NCBI GenBank assembly: GCA_964573095.1
Contig: CAZNIK010000001.1
Coordinates: 313,004-377,003, forward strand
Length of the DNA: 64,000 bases
Source: an uncultured Candidatus Saccharibacteria bacterium
GTDB lineage: Bacteria > Patescibacteriota > Saccharimonadia > Saccharimonadales > 2-12-FULL-41-12
Direction: 5' to 3'
Below the pieces are notes generated by a model that was not told the DNA's origin, did no database searches, and worked only from the letters and a program-made list of their open reading frames with translations. Each line of letters starts with the position of its first letter. Positions within the stretch are counted from its first letter, which is position 1. Shown piece by piece: positions 37,885 to 49,496 of the stretch. Position numbers and translations under genes: made by a program.

Positions 37885-38261
37885 CTAGTTTGGTCCTCTA
37901 AGATAGTCACTACTAGATAGTTTACCAAGCCAATCACCATCCCAGCAAGCATTGCCGACCATAAACTCGTCACGTTCAGAGGTGCGTAGAGCCAACTTGC
38001 CAAAAGCACCATTAATCCGTTGATTACAATCATGAATAGTCCCAGGCTAAGTAAGATTGCTGGCAAAGAAAGAAGCACGACTATTGGCTTTATGACCATG
38101 TTTACAAGCGCCAAGATGAGACCAGAGACCACAATAACTCCAAGCTCACTCTGGTAATCTATCTTATCGCCAAGTAACCCAGCAGCTATCCACAAACCAA
38201 GTCCGCTGACAAACCACTGAAGTAAAAATCGACCAAACAGAGAATGTCTTCGTTTTATCAT
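37881..38261 (-). CDS. DUF360 / phage-holin-4_2 family membrane protein
   Basis: 126 aa with 4 TM segments, YvlD-like. Confidence 0.6.
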   Translation of the reverse strand: MIKRRHSLFGRFLLQWFVSGLGLWIAAGLLGDKIDYQSELGVIVVSGLILALVNMVIKPIVVLLSLPAILLSLGLFMIVINGLMVLLASWLYAPLNVTSLWSAMLAGMVIGLVNYLVVTILEDQTR

Positions 38262-39502
38262 CTCTGATCTATTGTAAGCGAGTGGCTATTCTTCGGCAAA
38301 GCACGTGTAAGATTTTCGTTTCCGTTGTCGGTAATTAATATCTCGTCTTCGAGACGGATACCCAAGCCCTCTTCGGCAATGTAAATGGCCGGCTCGACTG
38401 TAAGCACAGTTCCGACGTCCAGCGGTGCATCATAATCGCCAAGGTCGTGCGCATCGATTCCCAAGAAATGCGACGTCAGTTGAGGATAGTACTTTCTGAC
38501 CGACGCCTTTGATAGTGTGCGAATAAGACCAAGTTCTTGGAGTTTTTTGCCTAGATAGTGCTGTACGGCTTGTTCGTAGGTTTTTAGATTCGTGCCTGGC
38601 TTTAGCAAAGAACACGCGAAGTTATGTACCGCTAGTACGGCGTCGTACACTTGTTGCTGGCGTGGTGTGGGGTTTTCAAACACTGTTCGAGTAATATCGG
38701 CGCAATATCCTTGGTACTTCAGCCCAATATCAAGCAGTAGCGCATTTGAGTTTATTGGCTGGTTGTTTTGTTGGTAGTGCAGCACCACCGAGTTTGAGCC
38801 GGCGGCGATAATCGGGCTATAGGCAAAAGATAGGTCATTCTCGATAGTGTACTTTGCTGCCAGTGCATGAAGTTGGCTTTCGTTCGTTACTTTTTTTCGG
38901 TTTGTCTCTATAGTTTCGAATACTTTCACAGTGTGGGCGATTGCACTTTTCATCAGCCGAAGTTCTTGGGGTTGTTTTTTCATTCTCTGCTGTCGTAAAT
39001 ACGGAGTAATATCTACAAGGTCGACTGAACTGCGTATGTTACTTAATAATGCCAACAACCGTGCTGGGCTCGGATTTGTAAACATATCGTGCGACTCGAT
39101 ATACGAGGGACCAGGCTTGAGACCAGCAATCTGCGTTGATTTTTTTACCAGTTTCTCTAAACGACTCCAGCCTTCTTTCCACTCATACACGGTGTCTACC
39201 CCAGAAATTTTTTGTAAAGAACTGTGATCAATTTGGCCGTCAAACGCAGCTCGAACCGGATCCCGCTTCGGTACAATAATATATTCCGAAGACGCCTCCA
39301 TAACCAAGATTATTCCCGGCACCTGGATGCCACTTAAGTACCAGACATTGCTGTTTTGAACAAAAGGATATGTGCTGCTTGATGATTCTTGGATTAAGCA
39401 GTTCCCCGCCAGTACGATGGGGTCGCTTCGACCAAAAAGTTCGCGCAAACGAGCGCGATTGGCCCCAAAAAATTCAGCTGTTAAGCCCCTATGAGATTCC
39501 AT
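38258..39502 (-). CDS. M24 family Xaa-Pro aminopeptidase
   Basis: Metal ligands in DIGLKYQGYCADITRT, HFLGIDAHD, TVEP and RLEDE. Confidence 0.85.
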   Translation of the reverse strand: MESHRGLTAEFFGANRARLRELFGRSDPIVLAGNCLIQESSSSTYPFVQNSNVWYLSGIQVPGIILVMEASSEYIIVPKRDPVRAAFDGQIDHSSLQKISGVDTVYEWKEGWSRLEKLVKKSTQIAGLKPGPSYIESHDMFTNPSPARLLALLSNIRSSVDLVDITPYLRQQRMKKQPQELRLMKSAIAHTVKVFETIETNRKKVTNESQLHALAAKYTIENDLSFAYSPIIAAGSNSVVLHYQQNNQPINSNALLLDIGLKYQGYCADITRTVFENPTPRQQQVYDAVLAVHNFACSLLKPGTNLKTYEQAVQHYLGKKLQELGLIRTLSKASVRKYYPQLTSHFLGIDAHDLGDYDAPLDVGTVLTVEPAIYIAEEGLGIRLEDEILITDNGNENLTRALPKNSHSLTIDQR

Positions 39503-39540
39503 ATGTAGAGGCTCATTCTAACACGCTATCTAAAACGGCT

Positions 39541-40263
39541 TCAATCTTCCTTAATCTGTTGCAAAAATACTGGGGCCCAATTTTCTCTATAACCTTTGTT
39601 TGAGGGATGAAAGAGGTCAGCACCAAAAGTTAACAGGCCGCGATTATTTTTGGTACGCTCGTGCAACGGCGCCAGCGTAAAGCCGTGTTTCTCGGCAAGC
39701 CGATACACAATATTGTTTGCGATTGTCACATTTTTCTCCAATTTTGACAGCCTGCTGCCACTGAAATTTGGTATATCAGAGATAATTGTCTGTTTCGGGA
39801 GCCTGCTCATCAGTTGATCCATATCTTGCTCAAAGCGCTGCTCGTTAAAACTTGTAATGTCATTCGCACCGATTTCGACGGTAACTATGGTTTTATTGTC
39901 CTTTGCAAGGGCGTCGTAGGCCGGCAGTTGCCTATCGAGCACATCACGAATCTTGGCGCCGCTTTTGCTAAGATTTACCAGCCCAACTTCTCTGCCGCTT
40001 CGTTTGGATAGCTCTTGTTGAATAAGACCAACGTAGCCTTTGTCTGGCTTACTCGCACCCACGCCTTGAGCCGCCGAGTCACCAAAGGCAACATAGTCGA
40101 TCCGTTGATTTTGTATAGTGCGCTGGTTCTGTGCATTCCAGTGGTTTTGGTACCGAGAAAGTTGGGTATAGAGTTCGATAACCCTTAGCCCGACGATTGC
40201 CAAGACGACTACAAAAATTATTACTATAATCTTTAGCGCACTGAGGCTGTTCATGCGTTTCAC
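39541..40263 (-). CDS. SGNH/GDSL hydrolase, membrane-anchored
   Basis: FGDSAAQG block I, later GxND and DxxH blocks, and an N-terminal TM segment. Confidence 0.8.
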   Translation of the reverse strand: MKRMNSLSALKIIVIIFVVVLAIVGLRVIELYTQLSRYQNHWNAQNQRTIQNQRIDYVAFGDSAAQGVGASKPDKGYVGLIQQELSKRSGREVGLVNLSKSGAKIRDVLDRQLPAYDALAKDNKTIVTVEIGANDITSFNEQRFEQDMDQLMSRLPKQTIISDIPNFSGSRLSKLEKNVTIANNIVYRLAEKHGFTLAPLHERTKNNRGLLTFGADLFHPSNKGYRENWAPVFLQQIKED

Positions 40264-41699
40264 TATACGCTACTGCGCTGACTTGTTATAAGCTTGGCTT
40301 TTGATTTTCCAACAACTTTTGCCACTTCTTCCTCGGTGGCCAGATTGAGCGATTTCGTGCTTCCGAAGTGTTTGATGAGCGCTTTTCTTGTCGCTGGCCC
40401 TATTCCAGGAATGTCGTCGAGTTGACTTGCGGTTTGCCGCTGTTTTCGGATTGTCGAATGATAACTGACAGCAAAACGGTGGCTTTCGTCTCGAATCCGC
40501 ATCAGTAGTTTGAGACCATCATCATTTTTCGGTAGTTGGAGAACTTCAAATTGCCCGATGCTTTTTGGCACTATTATTTCCTCATGTCTTTTTGCAAGAC
40601 CAATCAGCGGAATCTGACAACCAAGTTCCTGCACCGCGCCCTGTGCCGCACTAACCTGTCCTTTGCCACCGTCTATCAGAAGTAGCTCTGGAAGCCCCCA
40701 TGCTTTCACGTTCCGTGGTTGCAAGCGACGCGTAATTACTTCTCTCATATGGGCAAAGTCGTCGTTTCCCCCAATTCGTAGCTTAAACTTTCGGTATTGA
40801 CCCTTGTTGGGGACGCCCGCAACAAACACCACCATACTCGCGACATTGTCGGTCCCTTGCAAGTGACTGATGTCAAAGCCTTCGATTCGGCGTGGTGGCG
40901 CTGGCAGCCCCAAAAGCTTTTCAAGTCGTAGCAGCCCATTGTCTTTGCTAATATCCATCAGCTCTCGATCACCGAAAATGACTTGTCGCTCAAGATTTTT
41001 TAAGGCGTAGAGTTTATTGCGAAGCTTGCTGGCTTCCTCAAAATTGTGGGCCTTGGCTTGAGCCGTCATAGCTTTTTCGATCTGGACAGTAATTGTTTTT
41101 CTTGAGCCTCTTAGGTACATCATGAGCTGACGCAAATTCTGTCGATATTCATCAAGTGAGGTTAAGTGAGCTTCGAGTCCAGGGCACAAACCAAGTTGAG
41201 CCTGTAAACACGCTCGCTTAGGGATATTTGTTGGGCTATGAGTCGAATAAGGAAAGGCCTTTCTCAAGTATTTTAAAGCCCGAGAAATTCCTTGCTTGCT
41301 TAAATAAGGACCGAAATACTCGGCACCGTCATCCAAAGGGCGTCTTGTGTAACTGACTGTCGGATGAGAGCTGTGAGTATCTATTCGAACATAGATAAAA
41401 CTCTTGTCATCACGAAGCAGAATGTTGTACCTGGGCATGTACCGACGTATCATCTCCGCTTCGACAAAAAGCGCATCAAGCTCGGTTTCGAGCACTGTCC
41501 AGTCCGTATCTACAATTTCGCTCACCAACGCGTCGGTCTTGGGGTCCCTCACTCGACTGGCTTGAAAATACTGGCGAACACGATTGCGCAGATTTGCCGC
41601 TTTGCCGATATAGATTATTTCGCCGTGACTATCTTTATGAAAATAAACTCCCGGGTCTTTGGGCAAATCCTTTAATTTGGCTTGGAGTTTTTCGTTCAT
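40263..41699 (-). CDS. uvrC: Excinuclease ABC subunit C (compact, 478 aa)
   Basis: GIY-YIG (GVYFHKD...IIYIGKAANLRNRV), a UVR motif, the endonuclease V-like domain and a C-terminal (HhH)2. Confidence 0.92.
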   Translation of the reverse strand: MNEKLQAKLKDLPKDPGVYFHKDSHGEIIYIGKAANLRNRVRQYFQASRVRDPKTDALVSEIVDTDWTVLETELDALFVEAEMIRRYMPRYNILLRDDKSFIYVRIDTHSSHPTVSYTRRPLDDGAEYFGPYLSKQGISRALKYLRKAFPYSTHSPTNIPKRACLQAQLGLCPGLEAHLTSLDEYRQNLRQLMMYLRGSRKTITVQIEKAMTAQAKAHNFEEASKLRNKLYALKNLERQVIFGDRELMDISKDNGLLRLEKLLGLPAPPRRIEGFDISHLQGTDNVASMVVFVAGVPNKGQYRKFKLRIGGNDDFAHMREVITRRLQPRNVKAWGLPELLLIDGGKGQVSAAQGAVQELGCQIPLIGLAKRHEEIIVPKSIGQFEVLQLPKNDDGLKLLMRIRDESHRFAVSYHSTIRKQRQTASQLDDIPGIGPATRKALIKHFGSTKSLNLATEEEVAKVVGKSKAKLITSQRSSV

Positions 41700-41705
41700 A
41701 TAATT

Positions 41706-42575
41706 TTAAGACGAGCTTTTCGCAACTCGCGCAGACAGATGACTTACACAAGACGAATATTTTGTGGCACATTCCTGGCACATCAAAATTTGACGATTAC
41801 AGTCTTTCTCGGTGCAATTTATCTGATCGCTCGTCGCCTTATTGCAGCGATTACACACTCCAACATCTTTGCTCTTTTCGGAGAACTGCACGTTCATTCT
41901 TTTATCAAACACATAACACTTACCGTCCCAATACCCTTCGTCCTTAAATTCTTCGCCGTACTTCACAATTCCACCATCTAAGTGATACACGTCCTTGAAT
42001 CCTTTGTGGTTCATATAGGCGCTCAAATACTCGCAGCGGACATCGCCAGTACAATAGGTTAAAACCGTTTGGTCTTTTGGTATATCTTTGAGCACTTCCT
42101 TGATTTGTTTGAAGGCTTTTATCTTAGGCTTGATGACATTTTTGGCCCGAAATGCCCCTATATCACTCTCGTATTCGTTGCGAGCATCCAGTACCACTAC
42201 ATCGGGGTTCTTCTTGAGATAATCGTGCCATTTTTGGGGCCTCAGACCTTTGGTGCTGTTAAACACATCAAATTTTTCATCTGGAGCAAGGGTTACAAGT
42301 TCTGAACGTACTTTTACGCTCAGTTTTGGAAAGTCGCCCGCCGAACCATCACTCCACTTGAACTCCGCGCCTTTAAACAACGGGTGTTGCTTCATTTCTT
42401 TCACGTAAGCTTTTACCGAAGCGATGGGGCCGCCAAGTGTGCCGTTTATACCTTGTTCGGCTATGATAATCCGGCCCTTGAGCCCCAATCGTTCGCAGAG
42501 GTTTCGTTGCCAAAACATAACACTGGTTGGGTCGGTAACTGGCACAAATTTATAGTATAGAATCACCTTTTCCAT
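41706..42575 (-). CDS. trhO: Rhodanese-domain protein, UPF0176/TrhO-like tRNA U34 hydroxylase
   Basis: YceA-like N-terminus, rhodanese active-site loop YCTGDVRCE and a Cys-rich C-terminus. Confidence 0.75.
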   Translation of the reverse strand: MEKVILYYKFVPVTDPTSVMFWQRNLCERLGLKGRIIIAEQGINGTLGGPIASVKAYVKEMKQHPLFKGAEFKWSDGSAGDFPKLSVKVRSELVTLAPDEKFDVFNSTKGLRPQKWHDYLKKNPDVVVLDARNEYESDIGAFRAKNVIKPKIKAFKQIKEVLKDIPKDQTVLTYCTGDVRCEYLSAYMNHKGFKDVYHLDGGIVKYGEEFKDEGYWDGKCYVFDKRMNVQFSEKSKDVGVCNRCNKATSDQINCTEKDCNRQILMCQECATKYSSCVSHLSARVAKSSS

Positions 42576-42618
42576 CTATCTATTCTACCAGTTGTCACTC
42601 AAGGCTTAGAAAACAAGA

Positions 42619-43290
42619 CTATTCTTCCTCTGAAGCGGCTTCGGCAGCTTGAGTATCGGCTGCTTCTTCGCCTTCAACGGACTCTTCACCAGCTTCGGAC
42701 GCCAGGTCGGCTGCAGCAGCATCTGCTTCAGCAGCTTGGTCTTTTGGCATCTCGACGGTTGCAATAACTTGCTCTGGTTCAGTTTTAATCGTTACGGTGG
42801 CAGGAACCTTTAGATCAGCTACGGTCAGTTTGTCGCCAACTTCGGCCAGTGAGGTGGCATCAACCTCGATAACGTCAATAAGGTCCTTGGGAAGCGCCTC
42901 TATTTCAATGCGGTCAATCTTCTTTAATACTTGGAGACTTGCCTTCTCGGCGGGAATTTCTCCAACCAGCTGAAGAGGAACCTCTGCGGCCGCCTTTTCG
43001 TCGGCTTTTATAGCTTGAAAAACCGTGTGGTAGATGCTTGCCGTTGCCGGCTTATAGGTCACTTCCTTTATCATGGTTGTATACTTTTTTTTGTCGACCG
43101 TAACATCTACGGGGTGGTGCTTTCCTGAGCTCGCGTACACTTTCTTTAGTTGAGCTTCGGGAACTGCAATGTGAATTGAATCACTCCCATGATCGTGAAT
43201 CACAGCAGGAGTGTGCCCTTTTGCTCTAAGTTGTTTTACTTTTTTACCAATTGTGTCGCGCTTTACCGCGGCAAGGGTGCTGTCGCCCAT
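42619..43290 (-). CDS. rplY: 50S ribosomal protein L25/Ctc with an acidic tail
   Basis: L25/Ctc two-domain pattern. The C-terminus is A/E-rich low complexity. Confidence 0.85.
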   Translation of the reverse strand: MGDSTLAAVKRDTIGKKVKQLRAKGHTPAVIHDHGSDSIHIAVPEAQLKKVYASSGKHHPVDVTVDKKKYTTMIKEVTYKPATASIYHTVFQAIKADEKAAAEVPLQLVGEIPAEKASLQVLKKIDRIEIEALPKDLIDVIEVDATSLAEVGDKLTVADLKVPATVTIKTEPEQVIATVEMPKDQAAEADAAAADLASEAGEESVEGEEAADTQAAEAASEEE

Positions 43291-43371
43291 TGTACCTCCA
43301 GTGTTAGACAGTCATCATTATAGCACGCGAGAGTGACAGCATAAGGTGAGTGGTATACTGCTAGTTAAAGT

Positions 43372-43989
43372 ATGTTGGATGCAGATATTTTTGTAAGTGG
43401 TGGCTTGTTGCTAATCGCATTTATTGTATTCGCCGAATCTGGACTTTTATTTGGCTTTTTCTTTCCTGGAGATACATTATTGATTGCCGCGGGTCTGCTT
43501 GCAAGCCAAGGCAAATTCGAGCTTTTGACCCTCCTTCCAACTATCGCCGTAAGTGCAACACTTGGCGGAATTGCAGGTTACTACATCGGAGAAAAAGCCG
43601 GCCCAAAGCTTTTTAAAAAAGAAGATGGGATTGTATTTAGAAAAGCTTATGTAGCTCGAGCCGAAGAATTTTATGAAAAGCATGGCGGAAAAACCATTAT
43701 GTTAGCTCGCTTCATTCCAATCATCCGGACCTTTGCCCCAGTTGTTGCAGGAATTGGACACATGAACAAGTTCGCGTTTAATGCCTATAACTTTTTCGGG
43801 AGTATTGTGTGGGGTGTTGGTGTCACATTGCTCGGATATTTTTTTGGAAGCAAAATCCCGAATCTTGATCATTTCATCCTGCCGATTATCGTTTTGGTAA
43901 TGGTGGCCAGTTTTGGACCGACGGCGTACCACATAATTAGCAACCCGCTGTCACGGCGCAAGCTCAAACAACTATTTTTTCGACGCTGA
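43372..43989 (+). CDS. DedA/VTT-domain membrane protein
   Basis: FFPGDTLLIAAG motif and ARFIPIIRTFAP. Confidence 0.85.
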   Translation: MLDADIFVSGGLLLIAFIVFAESGLLFGFFFPGDTLLIAAGLLASQGKFELLTLLPTIAVSATLGGIAGYYIGEKAGPKLFKKEDGIVFRKAYVARAEEFYEKHGGKTIMLARFIPIIRTFAPVVAGIGHMNKFAFNAYNFFGSIVWGVGVTLLGYFFGSKIPNLDHFILPIIVLVMVASFGPTAYHIISNPLSRRKLKQLFFRR

Positions 43990-44475
43990 AGCACTAATAG
44001 AAACTACGTTCGGTGCCAGCTCGGTTCGCCTAACGGCCAATCTTCCAGTTGCGACCGCCACCGCAAAAGAAGTGCCGTCTACGGGACCGCCATACTCCGG
44101 AAACTGCAGCAAAGCTTCTACTTGCGCGTCAGCCAGTAGGTCAGCTTGCAGGTTACGATTATTGGGCTGGAACAACTTGGTTTTTCCAATATCGCTTGAG
44201 AGATGTGTTCTTCGGGAAAAAGATCGAAGTTTGTGCAGGGCTGCCGAAACCCAAAAGTCTTCCTTGTACGGAGACGGATCCAAGCAAACCATTGCGTGAT
44301 GGACGAGCGCTATCTCCTTTAGCACATTATCGTGGGCTTTTATTTCGGGCGGGTAGGTGTAAGGGTCGAACTGAGGATGCGCTTTGCGAAAATTTTGCAA
44401 AGACTCCCACGAGCGAAAGCTCATTGCGTCCAACGATTGTTGGTGCTGCATTTTTTCCGGCAACTCTATCGACAT
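43972..44475 (-). CDS. Hypothetical protein
   Basis: 167-aa ORF filling the gap between dedA and uvrA. No family recognised. Confidence 0.45.
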   Translation of the reverse strand: MSIELPEKMQHQQSLDAMSFRSWESLQNFRKAHPQFDPYTYPPEIKAHDNVLKEIALVHHAMVCLDPSPYKEDFWVSAALHKLRSFSRRTHLSSDIGKTKLFQPNNRNLQADLLADAQVEALLQFPEYGGPVDGTSFAVAVATGRLAVRRTELAPNVVSISASASKK

Positions 44476-44483
44476 TTTTAATA

Positions 44484-47291
44484 TTATAATACGGCTGTCA
44501 AAAAATGCCCGGTATGACTCTTCTTATTTTTGGCAACCTGTTCGGGTGTTCCATCAGCAACAATATAGCCACCTTTATCCCCGCCCTCTGGACCCATGTC
44601 AATAATGTGATCCGCGGATTTGATAACGTCAAGGTTGTGTTCGATCACGATCATGCTATTGCCCGTATCAACCAGCGCATGTAGCACTTGCAACAATTTG
44701 TCCACATCAGCAATATGCAGCCCGGTCGTTGGCTCATCAAGGACATAGAGCGTCCTTCCCGTCGATCGGCGAGATAGCTCCGTGGCCAGCTTTATTCGCT
44801 GGGCTTCTCCACCGCTAAGCGTGGTAGCAGACTGGCCTAAGCTTATATAGCCCAAACCAACGTCCACTAGTGTTTGCAGTTTTCGGGCAATCGCAGGAAT
44901 ATTCTCAAAAAAACCAAGCGCTACGTCGGTAGTCATCTCTAATACGTCACTAATGCTTTTTCCTTTGTAGTGAATTTCCAGTGCCTCTCGGTTGTAGCGT
45001 TTGCCGCCACATTGTTCGCAAGTCACATACACATCCGGAAGAAAGTGCATCTCGATCTTGATTATGCCATCTCCCGCGCAGTTCTCGCAGCGACCCCCTC
45101 GAACATTGAAACTAAATCTTCCAGCGCTATAGCCTCTAAGCTTCGCTTCTGGCAGGCCCGCAAAAAGTTCCCGAATTGGCGTAAATAGACCCGTGTAGGT
45201 TGCCGGGTTGCTGCGTGGAGTCCTGCCTATTGGTGACTGATCGATCACAATAACCTTATCGAGGTGTTTTATTCCGTCTATGTGATCGTGTCGACCGGGT
45301 ACCGTCTGGGCCCTCATAAGGCGTGCCGATAGCTCTTTTGCGAGTATATCGTTGATGAGGCTTGATTTTCCCGAGCCAGACACGCCACTCACCACCACCA
45401 TTTTTCCAAGCGGAATATTCACCGTTAGGTCTTTCAAATTGTTCTCACGAGCGCCAACAACTTGAAGTTGCTTGCCATTTCCCTGGCGGCGTTTTTTGGG
45501 TACCGCAATTTTTTTCTTGCCACTCAAATATTGACCCGTAATTGAGGCTTGGTTCTTGGCAACTTGAGCTGGAGTTCCTTCTGCAATAACCCTTCCACCA
45601 TGTATTCCAGCGCCCGGCCCAATATCTAGCACGTGATCAGCGACGCGTATTGTCTCTTCGTCATGTTCAACGACTAGCACCGTGTTGCCGAGATCCTTAA
45701 GGTGTCTGAGCGTATTGATCAAACGTGCATTATCCCGTTGGTGAAGGCCGATGCTAGGTTCGTCGAGCACATAGAGTACGCCTTGTAACCCACTACCGAT
45801 TTGGGTGGCGAGTCGTATTCGCTGGGCTTCTCCCCCACTTAGACTAACCGCGCTACGTAGCAAATCTAAATAATTGAGTCCGACGTTTTGAAGAAAGGTG
45901 AGGCGTGCCGTAATTTCTTTTAGTATTTGATTGGCGATCTTCAGCTCAGCGTCGGTCAGTTTTAGGGTCTTAAAGAATGTATGGGCGTTATCTATCGAAA
46001 GACGACATATGTCCATGATTGATTTGTCCGCAACCGTGATCGCCAAAACTTCTGGCTTGAGCCGTAGGCCGTGACAGGCATGGCAAGGACGCTCTTGCAT
46101 GAAACGCTCAATATCGCGGCGCATAAAGTCACTCTCTGTCTCCTTATGGCGTCGCTCCAGGTTTGGTATTACCCCCTCATACGTAGTATCGAACGCTCGG
46201 CCGCTTCCAAGCTGAACCTCATATACCTCGCCCCCCGTACCATAGAGTAGCTTCTCTAAATCGACAGCTTTGAGTTCACCGGTCGGAACATGAAGAGAAA
46301 AATTATAGCGATCGGCAACAGCTTGCATTTTTTTCATATACCACGCATCGGCATTCACGCGATTGAACGGTCGTATTGCGCCTTCGGCAATGGTTAAACG
46401 ACCATTGGGAATCACCAAGTCTGGATCAACTTCGAGGCGACTACCTAGACCAGTACATACTGCGCACGCGCCGTGGGGGCTATTAAAGCTAAAGGTTCTT
46501 GGTTCGAGCTCTGGAATCGAAATTTCTGGGTGATCAACACAGGCGTACATGAGACTATAGCGATGCTCGTCTTTGCTATCAGCATTTGCGATCAAGAGCT
46601 TGCCATCAGCTACATCAAGCGCCTGCTCGACACTCTGGGCCAGTCGACCACGACTTTCCTCGTCGTTCACCATCCTATCAACCACAATTTCGATTTTGTG
46701 TTTGTGGTTTTTGTCGAGCGCTGGCCACTCATCAAGCGAATAGACTACCCCGTCAACTCTAGCCCTGGCAAATCCGAGTCGCTGATATTGCTCGGGGATG
46801 TGTTCGAACAATCCCTTTTTGTCATTCACTATCGGTGCCAGAACAAGCAGACGAGCACCAGCTGTGGTCTCGATTACTTGATCCACAATCATCGAAGGCG
46901 TCTGTCGGGCAACTGTTTTGCCACAAATAGGACAGTGCGGGGTGCCAATTCGAGCGAATAATAATCTTAGATAGTCATAAATTTCGGTGACGGTGGCAAC
47001 AGTACTTCGTGGGTTTCGACTTGTCGATTTTTGGTCAATAGATATCGCAGGACTTAATCCGTCAATTTGATCAACGTTTGGCTTCTCCATAAGCCCCAAA
47101 AATTGTCGTGCGTAGGCGCTCAAACTCTCAACATAACGTCTTTGTCCCTCAGCGTAAATTGTGTCAAATGCGAGACTTGACTTGCCTGACCCACTAAGAC
47201 CCGTGATGACTACCAGTTTATTTCTAGGAATAGAAACGTCGAGGTTTTTGAGGTTGTGCTCCCGCGCGCCTTTTACATGAATAAAGTCCAT
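44484..47291 (-). CDS. uvrA: Excinuclease ABC subunit A
   Basis: 935 aa with two ABC modules ([18 protein letters not shown]) and Zn-finger cysteines. Confidence 0.97.
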   Translation of the reverse strand: MDFIHVKGAREHNLKNLDVSIPRNKLVVITGLSGSGKSSLAFDTIYAEGQRRYVESLSAYARQFLGLMEKPNVDQIDGLSPAISIDQKSTSRNPRSTVATVTEIYDYLRLLFARIGTPHCPICGKTVARQTPSMIVDQVIETTAGARLLVLAPIVNDKKGLFEHIPEQYQRLGFARARVDGVVYSLDEWPALDKNHKHKIEIVVDRMVNDEESRGRLAQSVEQALDVADGKLLIANADSKDEHRYSLMYACVDHPEISIPELEPRTFSFNSPHGACAVCTGLGSRLEVDPDLVIPNGRLTIAEGAIRPFNRVNADAWYMKKMQAVADRYNFSLHVPTGELKAVDLEKLLYGTGGEVYEVQLGSGRAFDTTYEGVIPNLERRHKETESDFMRRDIERFMQERPCHACHGLRLKPEVLAITVADKSIMDICRLSIDNAHTFFKTLKLTDAELKIANQILKEITARLTFLQNVGLNYLDLLRSAVSLSGGEAQRIRLATQIGSGLQGVLYVLDEPSIGLHQRDNARLINTLRHLKDLGNTVLVVEHDEETIRVADHVLDIGPGAGIHGGRVIAEGTPAQVAKNQASITGQYLSGKKKIAVPKKRRQGNGKQLQVVGARENNLKDLTVNIPLGKMVVVSGVSGSGKSSLINDILAKELSARLMRAQTVPGRHDHIDGIKHLDKVIVIDQSPIGRTPRSNPATYTGLFTPIRELFAGLPEAKLRGYSAGRFSFNVRGGRCENCAGDGIIKIEMHFLPDVYVTCEQCGGKRYNREALEIHYKGKSISDVLEMTTDVALGFFENIPAIARKLQTLVDVGLGYISLGQSATTLSGGEAQRIKLATELSRRSTGRTLYVLDEPTTGLHIADVDKLLQVLHALVDTGNSMIVIEHNLDVIKSADHIIDMGPEGGDKGGYIVADGTPEQVAKNKKSHTGHFLTAVL

Positions 47292-47331
47292 AGGTCCGAA
47301 GTATTATACGCGCATAAAGTGTTTTATACTA

Positions 47332-47760
47332 GTGTTTGTGAATAGTTCATTCAAAAAACACAACCTGTTAAAGCGAGTTCTTATCGACATTGCTGGATTT
47401 GGTCTTATGATCCTCGCTCCATTTTTAGGCTGGCTGCCTGGCCCCGGAGGAATCCCTTTATTTTTAGCTGGGCTCGGCTTGGTATCGATTAATCACGCAT
47501 GGGCACGCAAACTCCTAAAGGACTTCGATGTGAGACGCGTTGCATTTACAGATCGTTATCTTATGGCTGGATGGTTGTTTTCGATTACGCTCGATCTTGT
47601 GTGCCTAATTCTCCTTGGTATAGGTATTTATGTAGCCTTCACAGCCGATCAGCTCTATGCAAGAGCCATAGCTTTGGGTATCTGCAGTTTGGCGCTGGTT
47701 GTTATTCTTAGCAACCAAAAGCGGCTCGATCGCATATTTGCGAAGTTCAAAAAGCCATAA
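47332..47760 (+). CDS. PGPGW-motif membrane protein
   Basis: LGWLPGPGGIPLFLAGL motif and 3-4 TM segments. Confidence 0.55.
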   Translation: MFVNSSFKKHNLLKRVLIDIAGFGLMILAPFLGWLPGPGGIPLFLAGLGLVSINHAWARKLLKDFDVRRVAFTDRYLMAGWLFSITLDLVCLILLGIGIYVAFTADQLYARAIALGICSLALVVILSNQKRLDRIFAKFKKP

Positions 47761-47861
47761 GTAACGACACCTTAGCATAAGCTTCTTATATTATATAGTT
47801 GCATTATTATCAATTTTGTGGATAATATATGTCACTAACTAAGTCGTGGTGAGGTGGCTCA

Positions 47862-48041
47862 ATGCTCAACTACATCGTTCTCGGCCAAATTCCCGGGACA
47901 AACATTTTCCTTTCTTTTACGTTCGTTTCGATCGGTTTTATTATGATCGGAATTGGCGCACTCGCGTTCCTGCATCGCAAAGAAATTGACCAATTTCGAA
48001 AAAAGCATTCTCGAAATCATATTGATCAATCCTCAATGTAA
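47862..48041 (+). CDS. Possible small membrane protein (59 aa)
   Basis: Not in the ORF track. ATG preceded by GGTGAGGTGG, one or two hydrophobic segments. It overlaps the sbcB 3' end by 9 nt. Confidence 0.3.
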   Translation: MLNYIVLGQIPGTNIFLSFTFVSIGFIMIGIGALAFLHRKEIDQFRKKHSRNHIDQSSM

Positions 48042-49469
48042 AATCGATTGGGCGTACAGTCGTAGCTCTTCGAGTAGATATTGATTGGCTTTTGACTGAG
48101 TTGGATCAGATAATAAATTCTCTAAGGTTTCGCTAAATTTTGGAAGCTGTTTTGCAACACGAACTTGGCAGTGTGCCTCCCAGTCTTTTCGCTCGGCATC
48201 TGACAGAGATTTTGGATAGTTCCGGGCCTTGTACAGAGGAAGTAGCGCGTTCAGCCGGCTATCTTGAAATAAAAAGTGTTCTTTGTCGAGCTTGCTTACC
48301 TCGCTTTTTCTAAGATGCGTGGCTTTTTTGCGGTCATCGTCGTCAAAAAATCCATCGTACAATTTTTCTTCCACTTCTTGGGCATTTTCCAAAAGCGCTG
48401 TTTGCTCAACACGTTCCTTTTCTATTAGGTTGAGGGCTTTGCGTAGGTTTGGGTAAAATGTTGGCTCATCATCAATCACTTTCTTGTGGTGGTGGTGTTG
48501 GTCGAGGTCAATCCCAAGCCGATCGGCATCGGCGGCGGTGAGTACCGATAGTGGCGCAACTGCGGGACACCTATTGTACTTGAGCGTTTTTACCGGCAGT
48601 CTCGGCTCACGAGAGTCTTTCTTATATTTCCAGGCGTCGGCAAGCTCCTCGGGAGTCATTGAAATGTATCGCGACGGATCATGCCTTAGGTCATATACAA
48701 GAGAGGCCCCGGGGTTTGGATGTTCACCAAGTCGGCAGACAACAGCAAGTTTCTCGGACTCACTCGCATATTTGCCGCTGACGTACACGAACATCTGGCT
48801 GGTTTCAACCAACTGTTTAATCTGATTTTTATCTCGCATTCCTAGCAAGTAGCTAAACAGTTTTGGTTGGTTTTTTTGGATAAGACGCGCAACAGCAATC
48901 GTCGCCTTTACGTCACTGAGCGCGTCGTGGGCATCGCTGTGCGCCAGTGAGTTTAGTGCGGTAAGCAGCTCAAGTCGATTTGTGGGCTTTCCGTCACTTG
49001 AAATTGGCCACTTTATATCACTTGGGCGAAGCGCTCGAGTCATGCGCACTACATCGAGCAAATCCCAACGGCTACGTCCTTCTTGCCACTGCCAGGAGTA
49101 AGGATCGTAGAAATTGCGATACATTAGAAATCTCATAAACTCATCATCAAAACGAATGTTATTGAAACCAACAAAAATTGTGTGTGGATAATTAACTTCT
49201 TGATCAAACAGCTCAATAAATTCCGCCTCGGTTATCCCTTCGGCGATGGTTTTTTGGGGGGTAATGCCAGTAACAAGAACTGCGTGTGGCTCTGGCAAAG
49301 TATCTTCCGAGAGTTTGATGAGACAATTTACGGCTTCACCTTGCGGCTTGAGCTCCATGTCGGTTCTTTGACCCGCAAATTGTATGATCCGAGATGACCG
49401 TGGCGATACCCCGCTGGTCTCAAGATCATAAAAAAACAGACTATGTTGTTTCATCAGCGAACCCCACAC
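48033..49469 (-). CDS. sbcB: Exodeoxyribonuclease I
   Basis: DEDDh exonuclease motifs (FYDLETSG, the H-x4-D region DAHDALSD) plus ExoI-type C-terminal domains. Confidence 0.85.
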   Translation of the reverse strand: MWGSLMKQHSLFFYDLETSGVSPRSSRIIQFAGQRTDMELKPQGEAVNCLIKLSEDTLPEPHAVLVTGITPQKTIAEGITEAEFIELFDQEVNYPHTIFVGFNNIRFDDEFMRFLMYRNFYDPYSWQWQEGRSRWDLLDVVRMTRALRPSDIKWPISSDGKPTNRLELLTALNSLAHSDAHDALSDVKATIAVARLIQKNQPKLFSYLLGMRDKNQIKQLVETSQMFVYVSGKYASESEKLAVVCRLGEHPNPGASLVYDLRHDPSRYISMTPEELADAWKYKKDSREPRLPVKTLKYNRCPAVAPLSVLTAADADRLGIDLDQHHHHKKVIDDEPTFYPNLRKALNLIEKERVEQTALLENAQEVEEKLYDGFFDDDDRKKATHLRKSEVSKLDKEHFLFQDSRLNALLPLYKARNYPKSLSDAERKDWEAHCQVRVAKQLPKFSETLENLLSDPTQSKANQYLLEELRLYAQSILH

Positions 49470-49496
49470 ACAAAAAATGCGGAATCATGTATGCGC